64,000 nt of DNA, from positions 1 to 64,000 of IMG/VR virus record IMGVR_UViG_3300047552_000880, one strand, 5' to 3'. This document shows, in pieces, positions 47,279 to 58,042 of this stretch. The notes below the pieces were generated by a model. The model was not told the origin of the DNA. It searched no databases and saw only the letters and a program-made list of their open reading frames with translations. Source of the stretch: an uncultured virus (IMG/VR IMGVR_UViG_3300047552_000880). Taxonomy: Duplodnaviria > Heunggongvirae > Uroviricota > Caudoviricetes. Made by a program: the position numbers and the translations under genes. Position 1 is the stretch's first letter; every line of letters starts with the position of its first letter.

Positions 47279-49011
47279 TGGCAACATTAGTCCTTCGTGC
47301 TACTAAAGGCGCACCCCTAACGAATACTGAAGTAGATAATAACTTTAGTAACCTGAATACCGATATTGCGGGTAAGGTAGCAACAACTACAACAATCTCT
47401 GCTGGCACTGGTTTGTCGGGCGGCGGTGATCTTTCGGCAAATCGTTCATTGAGTCTTGCTAATACCACGGTCACTCCGGGTTCGTATGGTAGTAGTTCTG
47501 CTATTCCTACTTTCACGGTCGATGCACAGGGTCGATTGACAGCCGCAGGAACCACATCAATTACTTTGCCAAGCGGATTGACTTCAGGTAGTGCAGGCGT
47601 TGGTTATGTCACATATAACGGAACTACTGCAACTGTTGGTCAATTTGATGGCGGGACAACTGCTCCAAGTGGCACCACTAGACTGAATTATGGTGGTAAT
47701 TTCTATGCCACTAATTTCTATGGCATTGGAACCAATTTAACGGCTCTTAGCGCCTCGAACGTCAATACAGGTACTCTAGGGTCAACTTATGGTGGAACGG
47801 GCGTTAACAACGGTTCTAGCACCCTTACAATGGCTGGATCGGTTACGCATGCAGGGGCGTTTGCGAGAACATTTACTGCAACAGGTATAACCAACCTAAC
47901 ATTGCCGACTTCTGGTACATTGGCAACACTGGCAGGAACCGAGACATTCACTAACAAGACATGGAACGGGGCTGTAATTGGTGCTGCATATGGTGGTACT
48001 GGTCAGACTTCATATACTATCGGTGACTTGTTGTATGCATCAGGGACAACTACACTGTCTAAGTTATCCGCAGGTACTTCTGGATACGTGTTGGTTTCTG
48101 GTGGTGCAGGAGTTGCCCCTTATTGGGCAGCATCTGGTGCAAATGCAGGTTGGTTGAATCCAACGCCAATCAAGACCGCTGCTTATACTGCTGTTAAGGG
48201 TGATCTAGTTCGTTGTAATACCTCGGGTGGTGCATTTACAGTTACTTTGCCTGCCGCACCTGCTGATGGAGATTTAATCGGCATCATTGATATTTCTAAT
48301 ACTGCTGCTACATCAAATATTACGATTGCTCCTAATGGCAAGACTGTTGAGGGCGATGCAACTTCTTTGATCATTAACCTAAATGGTGCATGTGTTGTTC
48401 TTACATATAACAGTGCAGCAACAAACTGGAAATTGGTTGATACTCCTGTTCCGGGAGGTTGGTTGCCATCACAGGGCGGTAATTCAAACAAAGTTCTTTC
48501 GACCGATGGTTCAACTGCTTCTTGGGTAACTACCACTGTTGCGATGGGTGGTACTGGTGCAACTACCTTGACAGGTCTTATTAAAGGTAATGGTACTGCT
48601 GCAATGACTGCCGCTGTTGGTGGAACAGATTATACCACACCAACAGGAACCGAGTCACTGAGCAATAAGACTTTGGTCAATCCTGTTATTACCAACTATA
48701 CTGAAACTACTGTTGTCGCTAATAGTGGAACTGCATATACATTCAACTTAGCAAACGGCACTAAGTTTTTCATTACACTGACAGGGAACGTCACTTATAC
48801 ATTCCCTACTGCTGCTGTTGGCAAATCTTTTGTTCTTTATCAACTACAAGATGCAACGGGTGGTCGTTCTGTTACATGGGCAGGTAATGTGAAATTTCCG
48901 GGTGGTACAACACCGACAATCACGACTACTGCGAATAAGGCGGATAAATTTGTGTTTGATTGTTTTGATGGAACGAATTGGGTCGCTAGCTTGGCAGGAG
49001 CGAATTACTAA
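47278..49011 (+). CDS. Tail fibre protein
   Basis: LR..KG.PLT..EVD.NF.NLN anchor; Gly/Thr-rich GGTG repeats; NTSGGAFTVTLPA.P..GD domain; QDATGGRSVTW..VKFPGG..P C-terminal domain. Confidence 0.88.
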   Translation: MATLVLRATKGAPLTNTEVDNNFSNLNTDIAGKVATTTTISAGTGLSGGGDLSANRSLSLANTTVTPGSYGSSSAIPTFTVDAQGRLTAAGTTSITLPSGLTSGSAGVGYVTYNGTTATVGQFDGGTTAPSGTTRLNYGGNFYATNFYGIGTNLTALSASNVNTGTLGSTYGGTGVNNGSSTLTMAGSVTHAGAFARTFTATGITNLTLPTSGTLATLAGTETFTNKTWNGAVIGAAYGGTGQTSYTIGDLLYASGTTTLSKLSAGTSGYVLVSGGAGVAPYWAASGANAGWLNPTPIKTAAYTAVKGDLVRCNTSGGAFTVTLPAAPADGDLIGIIDISNTAATSNITIAPNGKTVEGDATSLIINLNGACVVLTYNSAATNWKLVDTPVPGGWLPSQGGNSNKVLSTDGSTASWVTTTVAMGGTGATTLTGLIKGNGTAAMTAAVGGTDYTTPTGTESLSNKTLVNPVITNYTETTVVANSGTAYTFNLANGTKFFITLTGNVTYTFPTAAVGKSFVLYQLQDATGGRSVTWAGNVKFPGGTTPTITTTANKADKFVFDCFDGTNWVASLAGANY

Positions 49012-50978
49012 TGTTTAGTGCAAATTCTTCGGCAGCTAGTTCCGACAAATTATACGTCGATGACGTATTCAGCACTTACCTTTACACAGGCAATGGGTCA
49101 TCTCTGACGATCAACAACGGAATTGATCTTGCGGGTAAGGGTGGGATGGTCTGGATTAAGAGACGAAATGGCGCTGAAAGCAACGTACTGCTGGATACCG
49201 TTAGAGGGACTAATTCCGTACTTGTCACTGAAGGCTCCAACCCTGCACTATCAGGATACCCGTGGAATGATGTTGTCACTGCGTTCAACACGAACGGGTT
49301 TACTGCTGGTGCCAGCGTCAGCACTATCAATACTTACGCCTCTTGGACATTCCGCAAAGCACCTAAGTTTTTTGATGTGGTGACTTATACGGGTACGGGT
49401 TCATATATAGATGTTAGCCATTCGTTAGGAGTGAAACCGGGGTTGATCGTCGTGAAGCCATTATCACAATCTGGGTCATGGTGCGTATGGGCACGTGCCT
49501 CCGATACCGATTGTGCAACTTCGGGATTTAATCTTAATACCGTTGACGCCGCTACGTACATAAATTCAGCGTTTAACGGATATGCAAATGCGTCCAGCTT
49601 TAATACCCTTGCATTAGGCGCAAACATAGCAAATTGCAGTCTATCCGGCGTCACCTACGTAGCTTACCTATTCGCCCACGACACCAGCGCAGACGGGTTG
49701 ATTCAATGCGGAAGTTTTACTACCGATGCATCAGGCAACGCTTCAGTGACTTCGTTGGGGTGGGAACCTCAGTTCTTGCTGGCTAAATGTGCGTCATCCA
49801 CAGGTGATTGGTTGGTGTTGGATAGCCAGCGTGGATGGAATATGACCGCCAACGATGCTGTATTAAAAGCCAACTTGACAGATGCCGAGTCAACATCCAC
49901 CGAGTACGGTAATCCAACTGCAACTGGTTTTGATTTCAAAGGTGGTTCGGCAAGTCAGACCTACATCTACATGGCAATTCGCAGACCTAACAAGCCGCCG
50001 ACAACGGGAACACAGGTTTTTACGCCCTACGCAGATGCTTACAGCGGGTATGTGACAGGCGATTCATCTTCGTCACACCCTAGTAAGATTGATTCTGTTT
50101 GGTACGCAGCGAGGAATTTCCCTACGATGCCGACAGACAATGGATCAATGAAGGTGTTTTCTGTCACAGACCGTGTTCGTGGGTTTGATGGCACATCTGC
50201 AATTGGCAGCGGGCCTATATTTACGACCCCTACTTTGAATACGTCAGCCACCGCCGCAGAAACCACTACTTCGGGAAATATATTGCAGAGGAAGGATCAG
50301 CCCCCTGCAATGTATTTCGGTATGAACTACGGAAATATACCCCATGTCCGTTATGCTTTCAAACGCGCCCCCGGCTTCTTTGATGTGGTTTGTTATACGG
50401 GAACTGGAAATCCTGGGCTGGTTGTGCCGCATAGTCTATCGGCAATACCGGAATTGATTCTCATAAAAGCAAGGAAATTTGGTGGATCGGGTTGGGAATG
50501 GATAATTCTCCACATGGAAACAGCCCGTTTTTCATTTTTAGATAATGCCGCCATGTCGCTTGGCGCTTCAACCATCGTAACCAGTAGAACAAGTAACTCT
50601 ATTACTTTAGCTTCTGATTCGCGATATAACACCACGACTGAATACGTCGCTTACCTTTTTGCCACACTCCCCGGAATCAGCAAAATAGGCAGCTACACCG
50701 GAAATGGCTCAAGCCAAACCATCAATTGCGGTTTTACTACTGGTGCAAGGTTTGTATTAATCAAGCGCACGGACTCCACTGGTGACTGGTACGTGTGGGA
50801 TACAGTGCGTGGGTTGACTTCATCAACTGATCCACATCTGAGCATGAATTCAACAGCCGCAGAAGTCACTACAGATGATTCTGTTGACCCAGATACCTCT
50901 GGTTTCATTGTGAACCAAGACGCATCGACTAACATCAACGTCAATGCTGGCACATATCTGTACCTCGCAATTGCATAA
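49011..50978 (+). CDS. Tail fibre tip / receptor-binding-type protein
   Basis: Repeated YTGNG, FFDVV.YTG, YVAYLFA, F.LIK..DSTGDW...D..RG, YLYLAIA motifs. Confidence 0.8.
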   Translation: MFSANSSAASSDKLYVDDVFSTYLYTGNGSSLTINNGIDLAGKGGMVWIKRRNGAESNVLLDTVRGTNSVLVTEGSNPALSGYPWNDVVTAFNTNGFTAGASVSTINTYASWTFRKAPKFFDVVTYTGTGSYIDVSHSLGVKPGLIVVKPLSQSGSWCVWARASDTDCATSGFNLNTVDAATYINSAFNGYANASSFNTLALGANIANCSLSGVTYVAYLFAHDTSADGLIQCGSFTTDASGNASVTSLGWEPQFLLAKCASSTGDWLVLDSQRGWNMTANDAVLKANLTDAESTSTEYGNPTATGFDFKGGSASQTYIYMAIRRPNKPPTTGTQVFTPYADAYSGYVTGDSSSSHPSKIDSVWYAARNFPTMPTDNGSMKVFSVTDRVRGFDGTSAIGSGPIFTTPTLNTSATAAETTTSGNILQRKDQPPAMYFGMNYGNIPHVRYAFKRAPGFFDVVCYTGTGNPGLVVPHSLSAIPELILIKARKFGGSGWEWIILHMETARFSFLDNAAMSLGASTIVTSRTSNSITLASDSRYNTTTEYVAYLFATLPGISKIGSYTGNGSSQTINCGFTTGARFVLIKRTDSTGDWYVWDTVRGLTSSTDPHLSMNSTAAEVTTDDSVDPDTSGFIVNQDASTNINVNAGTYLYLAIA

Positions 50979-50986
50979 GGAACCCT

Positions 50987-51547
50987 ATGCCATACATCAA
51001 TACAAAAACTAAAAAATATCCTCTCTCATTTCTTGACATTCAGCAAGAAAATCCAATGACAAGTTTCGATGCTACATCGATTCCTGCTGCTTATGCGTGG
51101 GTGTTCCCAACACCAACTCCGACATACGATTCTTTGCTGCAATATGTCGTTGAAGGTACTCCCAAGAAAACTACTGATAAGACATACGAACAGACTTGGC
51201 AAGTAGTTGATAAGTATACCACACAAGAAGAAATTGATGCAGCAATCGCAGCAAATGAAAAGTCTAAACTTGATGCAATGGTGCGCGAAGTAACTCAGAT
51301 GGTTCAGAATAAGCTAGATGATTTTGCCAAGTCAAGAAACTATGATTCTATTTTATCGGCAGCAACCTATGCAACATCAGCTATTCCTAAATTTCAACAG
51401 GAAGGTCAGGATGCCGTGAATGTACGCGATACCACATGGGCGTCTCTTTATAAGATTATGACCGATGTTATGACCGGTAAACGTGCTGTACCAACTATTG
51501 CCGATATTATGGCAGAGTTGCCTGTCATGGAATGGACAAATAAATAA
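50987..51547 (+). CDS. Tail-fibre-associated (assembly) protein
   Basis: Q..LD.FA..RNYDSILSA.TYA.S..PKF..E......RD..W...ELP...W pattern. Confidence 0.75.
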   Translation: MPYINTKTKKYPLSFLDIQQENPMTSFDATSIPAAYAWVFPTPTPTYDSLLQYVVEGTPKKTTDKTYEQTWQVVDKYTTQEEIDAAIAANEKSKLDAMVREVTQMVQNKLDDFAKSRNYDSILSAATYATSAIPKFQQEGQDAVNVRDTTWASLYKIMTDVMTGKRAVPTIADIMAELPVMEWTNK

Positions 51548-51568
51548 TAGATCAATATCGGGTAAGAC

Positions 51569-53143
51569 ATGGCAATCACACTATCACAATATCTTCAAGT
51601 CGGGGCTAATGGTCCAATTGGTATAACCGCTGGCGGCACGGGCGGCACAACTGCTGCTTCGGCTCGTGCTTCGCTAGGTGCGGCAGCGGCAGGTGCTAAC
51701 ACCGACATTACTTCATTGTCAAGTGGTGTTTGGGCACCTTTGTTGAAAGGGTCTGGGAGCACTTATTCTGCGGCAGGAACAAATTTAGCTACAGCCGCCC
51801 CTATTGTTTCAGATACTGTGGTAGTCACGAGTAGCAGCGCAAGTGCATATTGTTTAGCACTTCCTGCATTTACAGATGATTATAAGAGCCAAAAAATAAC
51901 AGTATATAATCAGACCGCGTTGCCAATAAATGTTTATGCACAGGGAACTGGAACTATAACCTTAACACATACAGGCACTGCCCCTTCATTTTATACGATT
52001 CCTGCGATGGCTTCTGCCGTTTTTGACAGTGGGATTAGTGGAGCGAATGACAATAGATGGATTGTATCGAGTGCACAAGTTACCGACCCATCCGCCTTGA
52101 CAGCCGCTGTTCCTGCCAATAAAGGTGGTACTGGTCAGGTTTCGTATACAGTTGGTGATATTCTCTATGCGTCAGGAACCACAACAATCAGTAAATTGAT
52201 TGCTGCATCAACTGGTTTTGCATTGATTTCAAATGGAGTCGGTGTTGCTCCTAGTTGGGGTAAAATTGATCTAACCACAACTGTTAGTGGTACTTTGCCG
52301 GTTGCGAATGGTGGCACTGGTGTTACCACATCAACTGGTTCTGGTAATAATGTTCTCAGTTCAAGTCCTACCTTAACAACTCCTATTTTATCAGCGGCAA
52401 CGAGTTCAACGGCAGGTGCTATTGGTTATAGTACCGGTGTTCTGACATATGGCGACGGGTCTTCAACCATATCAATTGCTAACTTGACAGGCACTCAGAC
52501 ATTTAGCAACAAAACATTAAGTACAGGATGCTCGTGGGCGGGTGGTTTGATTACTCCTACTTATGGCGGTACAGGTGCTAATTTATCTGGTGCTGCTGGT
52601 GGTGGGGTTGCTTACTTTTTTGGTGGACAAATTTCTGTTACTTCGGCGGGAACAGCGGGTCAGGTTCTTCAATCAAATGGTGCATCGGCTCCTAGTTGGG
52701 TAACAATCTCTGGCGGTGCAACGCTTTCGGATGATACCACAACCAATGCATCTTATTATCCTGTCTTTGCTACCGCAACATCAGGAACAATGTCTACTGC
52801 CAAGGTTGCATCAACGAAACTGAATTTTAACCCTTCTACGGGCACATTGTCAAGTACACAATTCAATGCCACATCGGATTCTGATGTTAAGACCAATGTA
52901 GTTGCCGCAGAAGGTATTGCTATTGTCAATCAATTGAATGGCGTTGAGTTTGACTGGAAAGATGGTACAGGTCATTCGGCAGGTGTAATTGCTCAGGATG
53001 TTGAAACTGTTTTGCCATTCTTGGTTCAGACTGATCCTATTCATGGAAAGAGCGTCAACTATCTTGGAATCATTGCGTATCTTATTCAGTCGGTCAAGGA
53101 ACTAGATGCACGAGTGAAAGAATTGGAGAAATTGAATGGCTAA
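51569..53143 (+). CDS. Tail fibre with C-terminal intramolecular chaperone (peptidase S74-like)
   Basis: GGTG repeats; ATSD..VKTN, F.WK, GVIAQDVE..LP, VNY..II.YLIQSVKEL; TAAATA at 51541-51546. Confidence 0.88.
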   Translation: MAITLSQYLQVGANGPIGITAGGTGGTTAASARASLGAAAAGANTDITSLSSGVWAPLLKGSGSTYSAAGTNLATAAPIVSDTVVVTSSSASAYCLALPAFTDDYKSQKITVYNQTALPINVYAQGTGTITLTHTGTAPSFYTIPAMASAVFDSGISGANDNRWIVSSAQVTDPSALTAAVPANKGGTGQVSYTVGDILYASGTTTISKLIAASTGFALISNGVGVAPSWGKIDLTTTVSGTLPVANGGTGVTTSTGSGNNVLSSSPTLTTPILSAATSSTAGAIGYSTGVLTYGDGSSTISIANLTGTQTFSNKTLSTGCSWAGGLITPTYGGTGANLSGAAGGGVAYFFGGQISVTSAGTAGQVLQSNGASAPSWVTISGGATLSDDTTTNASYYPVFATATSGTMSTAKVASTKLNFNPSTGTLSSTQFNATSDSDVKTNVVAAEGIAIVNQLNGVEFDWKDGTGHSAGVIAQDVETVLPFLVQTDPIHGKSVNYLGIIAYLIQSVKELDARVKELEKLNG

Positions 53144-54290
53144 TTTTCTATATAGCGGAACCAGTGGAACGCTAGAGGAAAAATATGTTACGTTCGATGA
53201 AATGGGGTTTGATTCTCCATCTAATTCTGCTGGATCGTTATGGGGTTGGGGAGACAATACAGATGGTCAATTAGGTCTTAACAATGTGACAAATGTAAGT
53301 TCTCCTGTTCAGATCGGTTCATTGACTGACTGGAAACAGGTGTCGATGGGAGGATATCATACAACAGCAATCAAAACAGATGGCACTCTTTGGAGCTGTG
53401 GAAATAATTTATATGGTCAATTAGGACTCAATGACACGACTAAAAGAAGTTCACCCGTTCAAATAGGATCGTTGACTAATTGGAAATTAGTCAGTTGCGG
53501 AAGGTATCATACAACAGCAATTAAAACAGATGGCACGCTCTGGGTTTGGGGATATAACAACCAAGGACAATTAGGGCTTAACAATGTGACAAATATAAGT
53601 TCTCCTGTTCAAGTAGGTACAATGACTGACTGGAAAACATTGACTGGGAATTTGTATAATACGTTTTCTGTTAAGAACGATGGTTCATTGTGGGGTTGGG
53701 GCGGCAATATTTTCGGTCAATTAGGACTTAATGACTATATATATAGAAGTTCACCGGTTCAAATAGGATCGTTGACTAATTGGAAACAAGTATCTATGTC
53801 AAGTGTCTTCTCTGTTGCCGCAATAAAGACAGATGGTTCATTGTGGGGGTGGGGGACAAATACTAACGGTCAAATTGGCTTAGGTAATACAACAGAATAT
53901 TCTTCTCCTGTTCAAGTCGGAACGATGACTAACTGGAAAACATTGTCAACCGGTGGCGTTGCTAACGTTCTTGCTACAAAGACAGATGGTTCATTGTGGG
54001 CATGGGGTTATAACTATGGTGGTCTTGGTCTAGGTGATAGCCTTGCCAGAAGCTCTCCTATTCAAGTCGGATCATTGACTAATTGGAAATCTGTTTCTTG
54101 TAGTACTTCACAAGGTTCTTCCTTTGCTGTTAAAACAGATGGCACTCTCTGGGCTTTTGGGCAAAATGCCTCTAAAAATCTAGGACTCGGCGATAACGTC
54201 AGTAATTCTTCTCCTGTGCAAATCGGAACATCAACTGGATGGAAATCGGTTTCTACTGGATACACTTCTGCCATTGCAATCAAATACTAA
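53136..54290 (+). CDS. RCC1-like beta-propeller protein 1
   Basis: Seven repeats of about 50 aa: KTDG.LW.WG.N..GQLGL......SSPVQ.G.LT.WK. Confidence 0.92.
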   Translation: MANFLYSGTSGTLEEKYVTFDEMGFDSPSNSAGSLWGWGDNTDGQLGLNNVTNVSSPVQIGSLTDWKQVSMGGYHTTAIKTDGTLWSCGNNLYGQLGLNDTTKRSSPVQIGSLTNWKLVSCGRYHTTAIKTDGTLWVWGYNNQGQLGLNNVTNISSPVQVGTMTDWKTLTGNLYNTFSVKNDGSLWGWGGNIFGQLGLNDYIYRSSPVQIGSLTNWKQVSMSSVFSVAAIKTDGSLWGWGTNTNGQIGLGNTTEYSSPVQVGTMTNWKTLSTGGVANVLATKTDGSLWAWGYNYGGLGLGDSLARSSPIQVGSLTNWKSVSCSTSQGSSFAVKTDGTLWAFGQNASKNLGLGDNVSNSSPVQIGTSTGWKSVSTGYTSAIAIKY

Positions 54291-54299
54291 AGAAAAAAT

Positions 54300-54941
54300 A
54301 TGTACGCACTAATTCATAACAATCAAATTCAAGTTGGTCCTCGTCAATGGTCATATTCTTTCTTCAAGGAATATCTGGTTGAAGAAGGATTGGATTTTTC
54401 GGCGCTAACTGTTCGTGAGCAACCAACAGGTATTCACACATCAACTTATAGAATTGTTCCTGTAACAATTACAAAACACGCGAACGTTGAACCCATTTAC
54501 GAACAACCTTCTGGTCCGTTTTGGACAATCTACGAAGATCGTGTTGAGGGTGAATACAAATCGGCTCCTGTTTCTATTGATGCAGTCAAATCTATTCTGA
54601 AGCAAAAAGCAGCAGAAGAAAGATATAAGAAAGAAACCTCAGGAACCAAGGCAATTATCAGTGTCGGAGAAGTTAATCTATATACTGATCGTGATACTCG
54701 CAAGACTTATCTAGAGGCGTTGCAATTGATTCCTGACGATGTTTCTACATTCAATTTCAAATTCAGTAATGGATTCTTTCCGGTCAATAAAGGCGATCTG
54801 ACTTTGATTGTTTCAACAATTGTTACTCATGTTCAGGCTGCATTTGATTGGGAAGCTGGTATTGTAGCTGCTATTGATTCTGCTACTACTATTGCTGAAT
54901 TGAAGGCAATTGTTATTGAGGAAAAGAAGAATGCCATCTAA
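54300..54941 (+). CDS. DUF4376-like tail-fibre-associated protein
   Basis: A.ERY.KE..G, TDR.T, HVQAAFDWE.....IDSA.T..EL..I. Confidence 0.75.
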   Translation: MYALIHNNQIQVGPRQWSYSFFKEYLVEEGLDFSALTVREQPTGIHTSTYRIVPVTITKHANVEPIYEQPSGPFWTIYEDRVEGEYKSAPVSIDAVKSILKQKAAEERYKKETSGTKAIISVGEVNLYTDRDTRKTYLEALQLIPDDVSTFNFKFSNGFFPVNKGDLTLIVSTIVTHVQAAFDWEAGIVAAIDSATTIAELKAIVIEEKKNAI

Positions 54942-56133
54942 TTTGACTGGTTTCCGGGAGAATGGGGTTGATATCAGTGACCTTTATTTGAATGGCTCGG
55001 GTATCAATGGAACCGATGATCGTGGTCAGGTTTATGATTATTTGACTGATACTGGTAAGATAAATTATGAAACCGGTTCATTATGGAGTTGGGGTTGGAA
55101 TGCATACGGAAATTTAGGACTAAACGACATTATAGATAGAAGTTCTCCTGTTCAAGTCGGTTCATTAACTAATTGGAAACAAATAACATCTTCATCTTCT
55201 GCTGGTCATTACCTTTCTACCGCGATCAAAACAGACGGAACTCTTTGGAGTTGGGGCAAAAATCAATTTGGCGAATTGGGACTCAACGACACGACTAACC
55301 GAAACTCTCCTGTTCAAGTCGGTTCATTGACTAATTGGAAACAAGTGTCTACCGGGGGGTTTTTTTCTTTTGCGATCAAAACAGACGGAACTCTTTGGAG
55401 TTGGGGTAAGAACGATGTTGGTCAATTAGGACTCAATAACCAAACGAATATAAGCTCTCCTGTTCAAGTTGGTTCATTAACTAATTGGAAATTGGTTTCT
55501 TGTGGTGCATATCATCAATCGTTTATTGACAATTACGGGCAGTTGTGGAGTTGTGGAAATAATTTATACGGTCAATTAGGACTCAATAACCAAACGAATA
55601 TAAGCTCTCCTGTTCAAGTTGGTTCATTAACTAATTGGAAATTGGTTTCTTGTGGAGACAGACACACAACAGCAATCAAAACAGACGGAACTCTTTGGAG
55701 TTGGGGTTGGAATGCGGTTGGTCAATTAGGTCTTAATGACACGGCATATAGAAGTTCACCTGTTCAAGTCGGAACAATGGCTAACTGGAAATCGGTTTTT
55801 TCTGGTGAGTTTATAACATTTGCCACAAAGACAGACGGATCATTGTGGGGATGGGGATATAATCTATACGGTCAATTGGGACTCAATGACACTACCGACA
55901 GAAGCTCTCCTGTTCAAGTTGGTTCTTTAACTAATTGGAAATCTGTCGCTGCGGGGCAATCTGTTGTATATGTAAAAAATGACGGGACACTATGGAGTGC
56001 TGGTAATAATGCGCATGGTCAATTGGGGCTAGGTGATAATTCTCATAGAAGCTCTCCTGTTCAAGTTGGTTCGTTGACTAATTGGAAACTAATTTCAGGC
56101 GGTTCTATGGCGATAATTTCCACGAAAGGTTAA
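54931..56133 (+). CDS. RCC1-like beta-propeller protein 2
   Basis: Same repeat, seven units; start reassigned to MPSNL. Confidence 0.92.
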   Translation: MPSNLTGFRENGVDISDLYLNGSGINGTDDRGQVYDYLTDTGKINYETGSLWSWGWNAYGNLGLNDIIDRSSPVQVGSLTNWKQITSSSSAGHYLSTAIKTDGTLWSWGKNQFGELGLNDTTNRNSPVQVGSLTNWKQVSTGGFFSFAIKTDGTLWSWGKNDVGQLGLNNQTNISSPVQVGSLTNWKLVSCGAYHQSFIDNYGQLWSCGNNLYGQLGLNNQTNISSPVQVGSLTNWKLVSCGDRHTTAIKTDGTLWSWGWNAVGQLGLNDTAYRSSPVQVGTMANWKSVFSGEFITFATKTDGSLWGWGYNLYGQLGLNDTTDRSSPVQVGSLTNWKSVAAGQSVVYVKNDGTLWSAGNNAHGQLGLGDNSHRSSPVQVGSLTNWKLISGGSMAIISTKG

Positions 56134-56136
56134 ATA
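56131..56136 (+). promoter_or_regulatory. Late-promoter motif before methyltransferase and glycosyltransferase
   Basis: TAAATA about 30 nt upstream of ATG 56164. Confidence 0.6.
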
Positions 56137-56163
56137 CCATCCCACAAACAAACAATTTTCATT

Positions 56164-56721
56164 ATGAAAAAACTGAATCTAGGATCGGGGTACAAAAGAT
56201 ACCCCGATTTTATTAACATCGATCAAGATCATCATTGTAATCCCGATATTGTAACTGATCTAGAATCCCCGAATTGTCTCTCCATGATACCCGATGATTC
56301 GGTCGAGATAATTCTTGCACATCACATTCTTGAACATATCGGAAGTAATTATATTCCGCTGCTCAAAGAATTATATCGAGTCGCCAAACACAAAGCAATT
56401 ATTGATATACGGGTTCCTCATCCGAATCATGAAATATTCTTGAATGACCCGACTCATAAAAGACCAATTACGGTTGAAGGTCTAAGATTGTTCTCAAAAC
56501 AATATAACCTACAAGAAATTCAAAGAGGCGGAAGTTCATCGACACTCGGAATCATGAATGACATTGATTTTGAGATTGTTCACTTTGATTACATTCATGA
56601 TCCATATTACGACAACATCAAGACAACTGCAACACCCGAGCAATTGGAAAGAATATTTCGTTCAGAAATAAATACGACTCTTGAAATTCACGTTGTTCTA
56701 ACTGTTATTAAAAATGTTTGA
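56164..56721 (+). CDS. Class I SAM-dependent methyltransferase-like protein
   Basis: KLNLGSG....DFINID, DDSV..I.AHHILEH, KELYRV, VPHP, DPTH. Confidence 0.85.
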   Translation: MKKLNLGSGYKRYPDFINIDQDHHCNPDIVTDLESPNCLSMIPDDSVEIILAHHILEHIGSNYIPLLKELYRVAKHKAIIDIRVPHPNHEIFLNDPTHKRPITVEGLRLFSKQYNLQEIQRGGSSSTLGIMNDIDFEIVHFDYIHDPYYDNIKTTATPEQLERIFRSEINTTLEIHVVLTVIKNV

Positions 56722-58039
56722 TTACCAAAATTCATCTATTATGCAAGCCGCCTTTGCTGCAAAGAGCATTGGTAGATCGATGGACATGTATGCGCCATTG
56801 AAAACGATTGCTCAGTATATCTATGCAATCGATAAGCTAGACGAGATTGCCTATATTCAAAATGAATTGAAGGATTACGAGGGTTCAGTTGCGACTCTCA
56901 ACAAGATGGCATCCATTTCGATGAATAATCAGGAAAAATATTCGATTAGAGCCAATCTTGCGAAGATGTACAATCATCTGAATAAACCAGAAGAATCGCT
57001 TGCTGAGTCACAATTGAATGATATGGTGTCAAATGGTAATGACCTAGACACATGGATGGAAATGGCGTTCAGCTATTATCTGTTAGGTCAATATAATAAG
57101 TCCGAAGAAATGATGCGCAAGATTTCTTGTATTGATAATATCTCGGATGAATTAAGAGGTCGAGTTGAATACAACCTAGGCTCCTATGATATTGAGCATG
57201 GCGAGTTCAAGAAAGGAATTCGTGGCTTCATTGATGTTGGACATAAGATCGGTATTTGGCATCCGAAGGGCATTGATGGTGTTCCTACATGGAAGGGCGA
57301 AACCGATAAACAATTCATTGTCATTCATGGCGAAGGCGGTATCGGTGACGAATTGATCAACTTTCGTTTCACCAATAATATCAAGTCAATGGGATTGACT
57401 CCTATCTGGATTACTAATCACAAAGAACTGGTTCCTGTGTTTGAGCGCCATGACGTGAAGACGATAATGAATCATCAAATTGATAAAGAGAATTCGTATC
57501 AGATCAATGCAATGTACTTACCAATTGTACTAGACCTTGATGCAGATCAGTTATGGAGTGGCGCTTATTTGATTCCTTGTTCCGAACATGTTGCCAAGTG
57601 GCGTGATATATTACCGAGCGGTAGAAAGATCGGTGTCAAGTGGAGTGGCAATCCTGCCTATGAACAGGACCTACATCGAGGGCTGACAACCGATTTTATT
57701 GATGCATTGGAATTCGATGCAGTGAAGGTGAATCTTCAGATCGATGCGTTGAAGGATCATTATTTCTCGGTTCCAATAAATAGTATTGAAGACACATTGG
57801 CAATCTTATCGCTTGTTGATGTTACGGTTACTTCATGCACATCGGTTGCTCACATGGCAGGGGCAATTGGTTCAAAAGTTATTGTATGCCCTCCTATTGC
57901 TTGCTACTATGTATGGCTAGGGCGGAATGATGGATACAGTAACTGGTACGGCAAAAACACAATGGTGGTTCGACAGACGAAACACAATAATCGTGATGAT
58001 GTTTTGGTGAAGGTTAACGAATTACTGAGTAAGGTTTAA
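56714..58039 (+). CDS. TPR-containing GT-B glycosyltransferase (GT9/heptosyltransferase-like)
   Basis: N-terminal TPR-like helices; W.GE...EGGIGDE..F.RF; KIGVKWSGNP..EQD.HR; DTLA....D..VTSCTSVAHMAGAIG; WY....V.RQ. Confidence 0.78.
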   Translation: MFDYQNSSIMQAAFAAKSIGRSMDMYAPLKTIAQYIYAIDKLDEIAYIQNELKDYEGSVATLNKMASISMNNQEKYSIRANLAKMYNHLNKPEESLAESQLNDMVSNGNDLDTWMEMAFSYYLLGQYNKSEEMMRKISCIDNISDELRGRVEYNLGSYDIEHGEFKKGIRGFIDVGHKIGIWHPKGIDGVPTWKGETDKQFIVIHGEGGIGDELINFRFTNNIKSMGLTPIWITNHKELVPVFERHDVKTIMNHQIDKENSYQINAMYLPIVLDLDADQLWSGAYLIPCSEHVAKWRDILPSGRKIGVKWSGNPAYEQDLHRGLTTDFIDALEFDAVKVNLQIDALKDHYFSVPINSIEDTLAILSLVDVTVTSCTSVAHMAGAIGSKVIVCPPIACYYVWLGRNDGYSNWYGKNTMVVRQTKHNNRDDVLVKVNELLSKV

Positions 58040-58042
58040 TAT

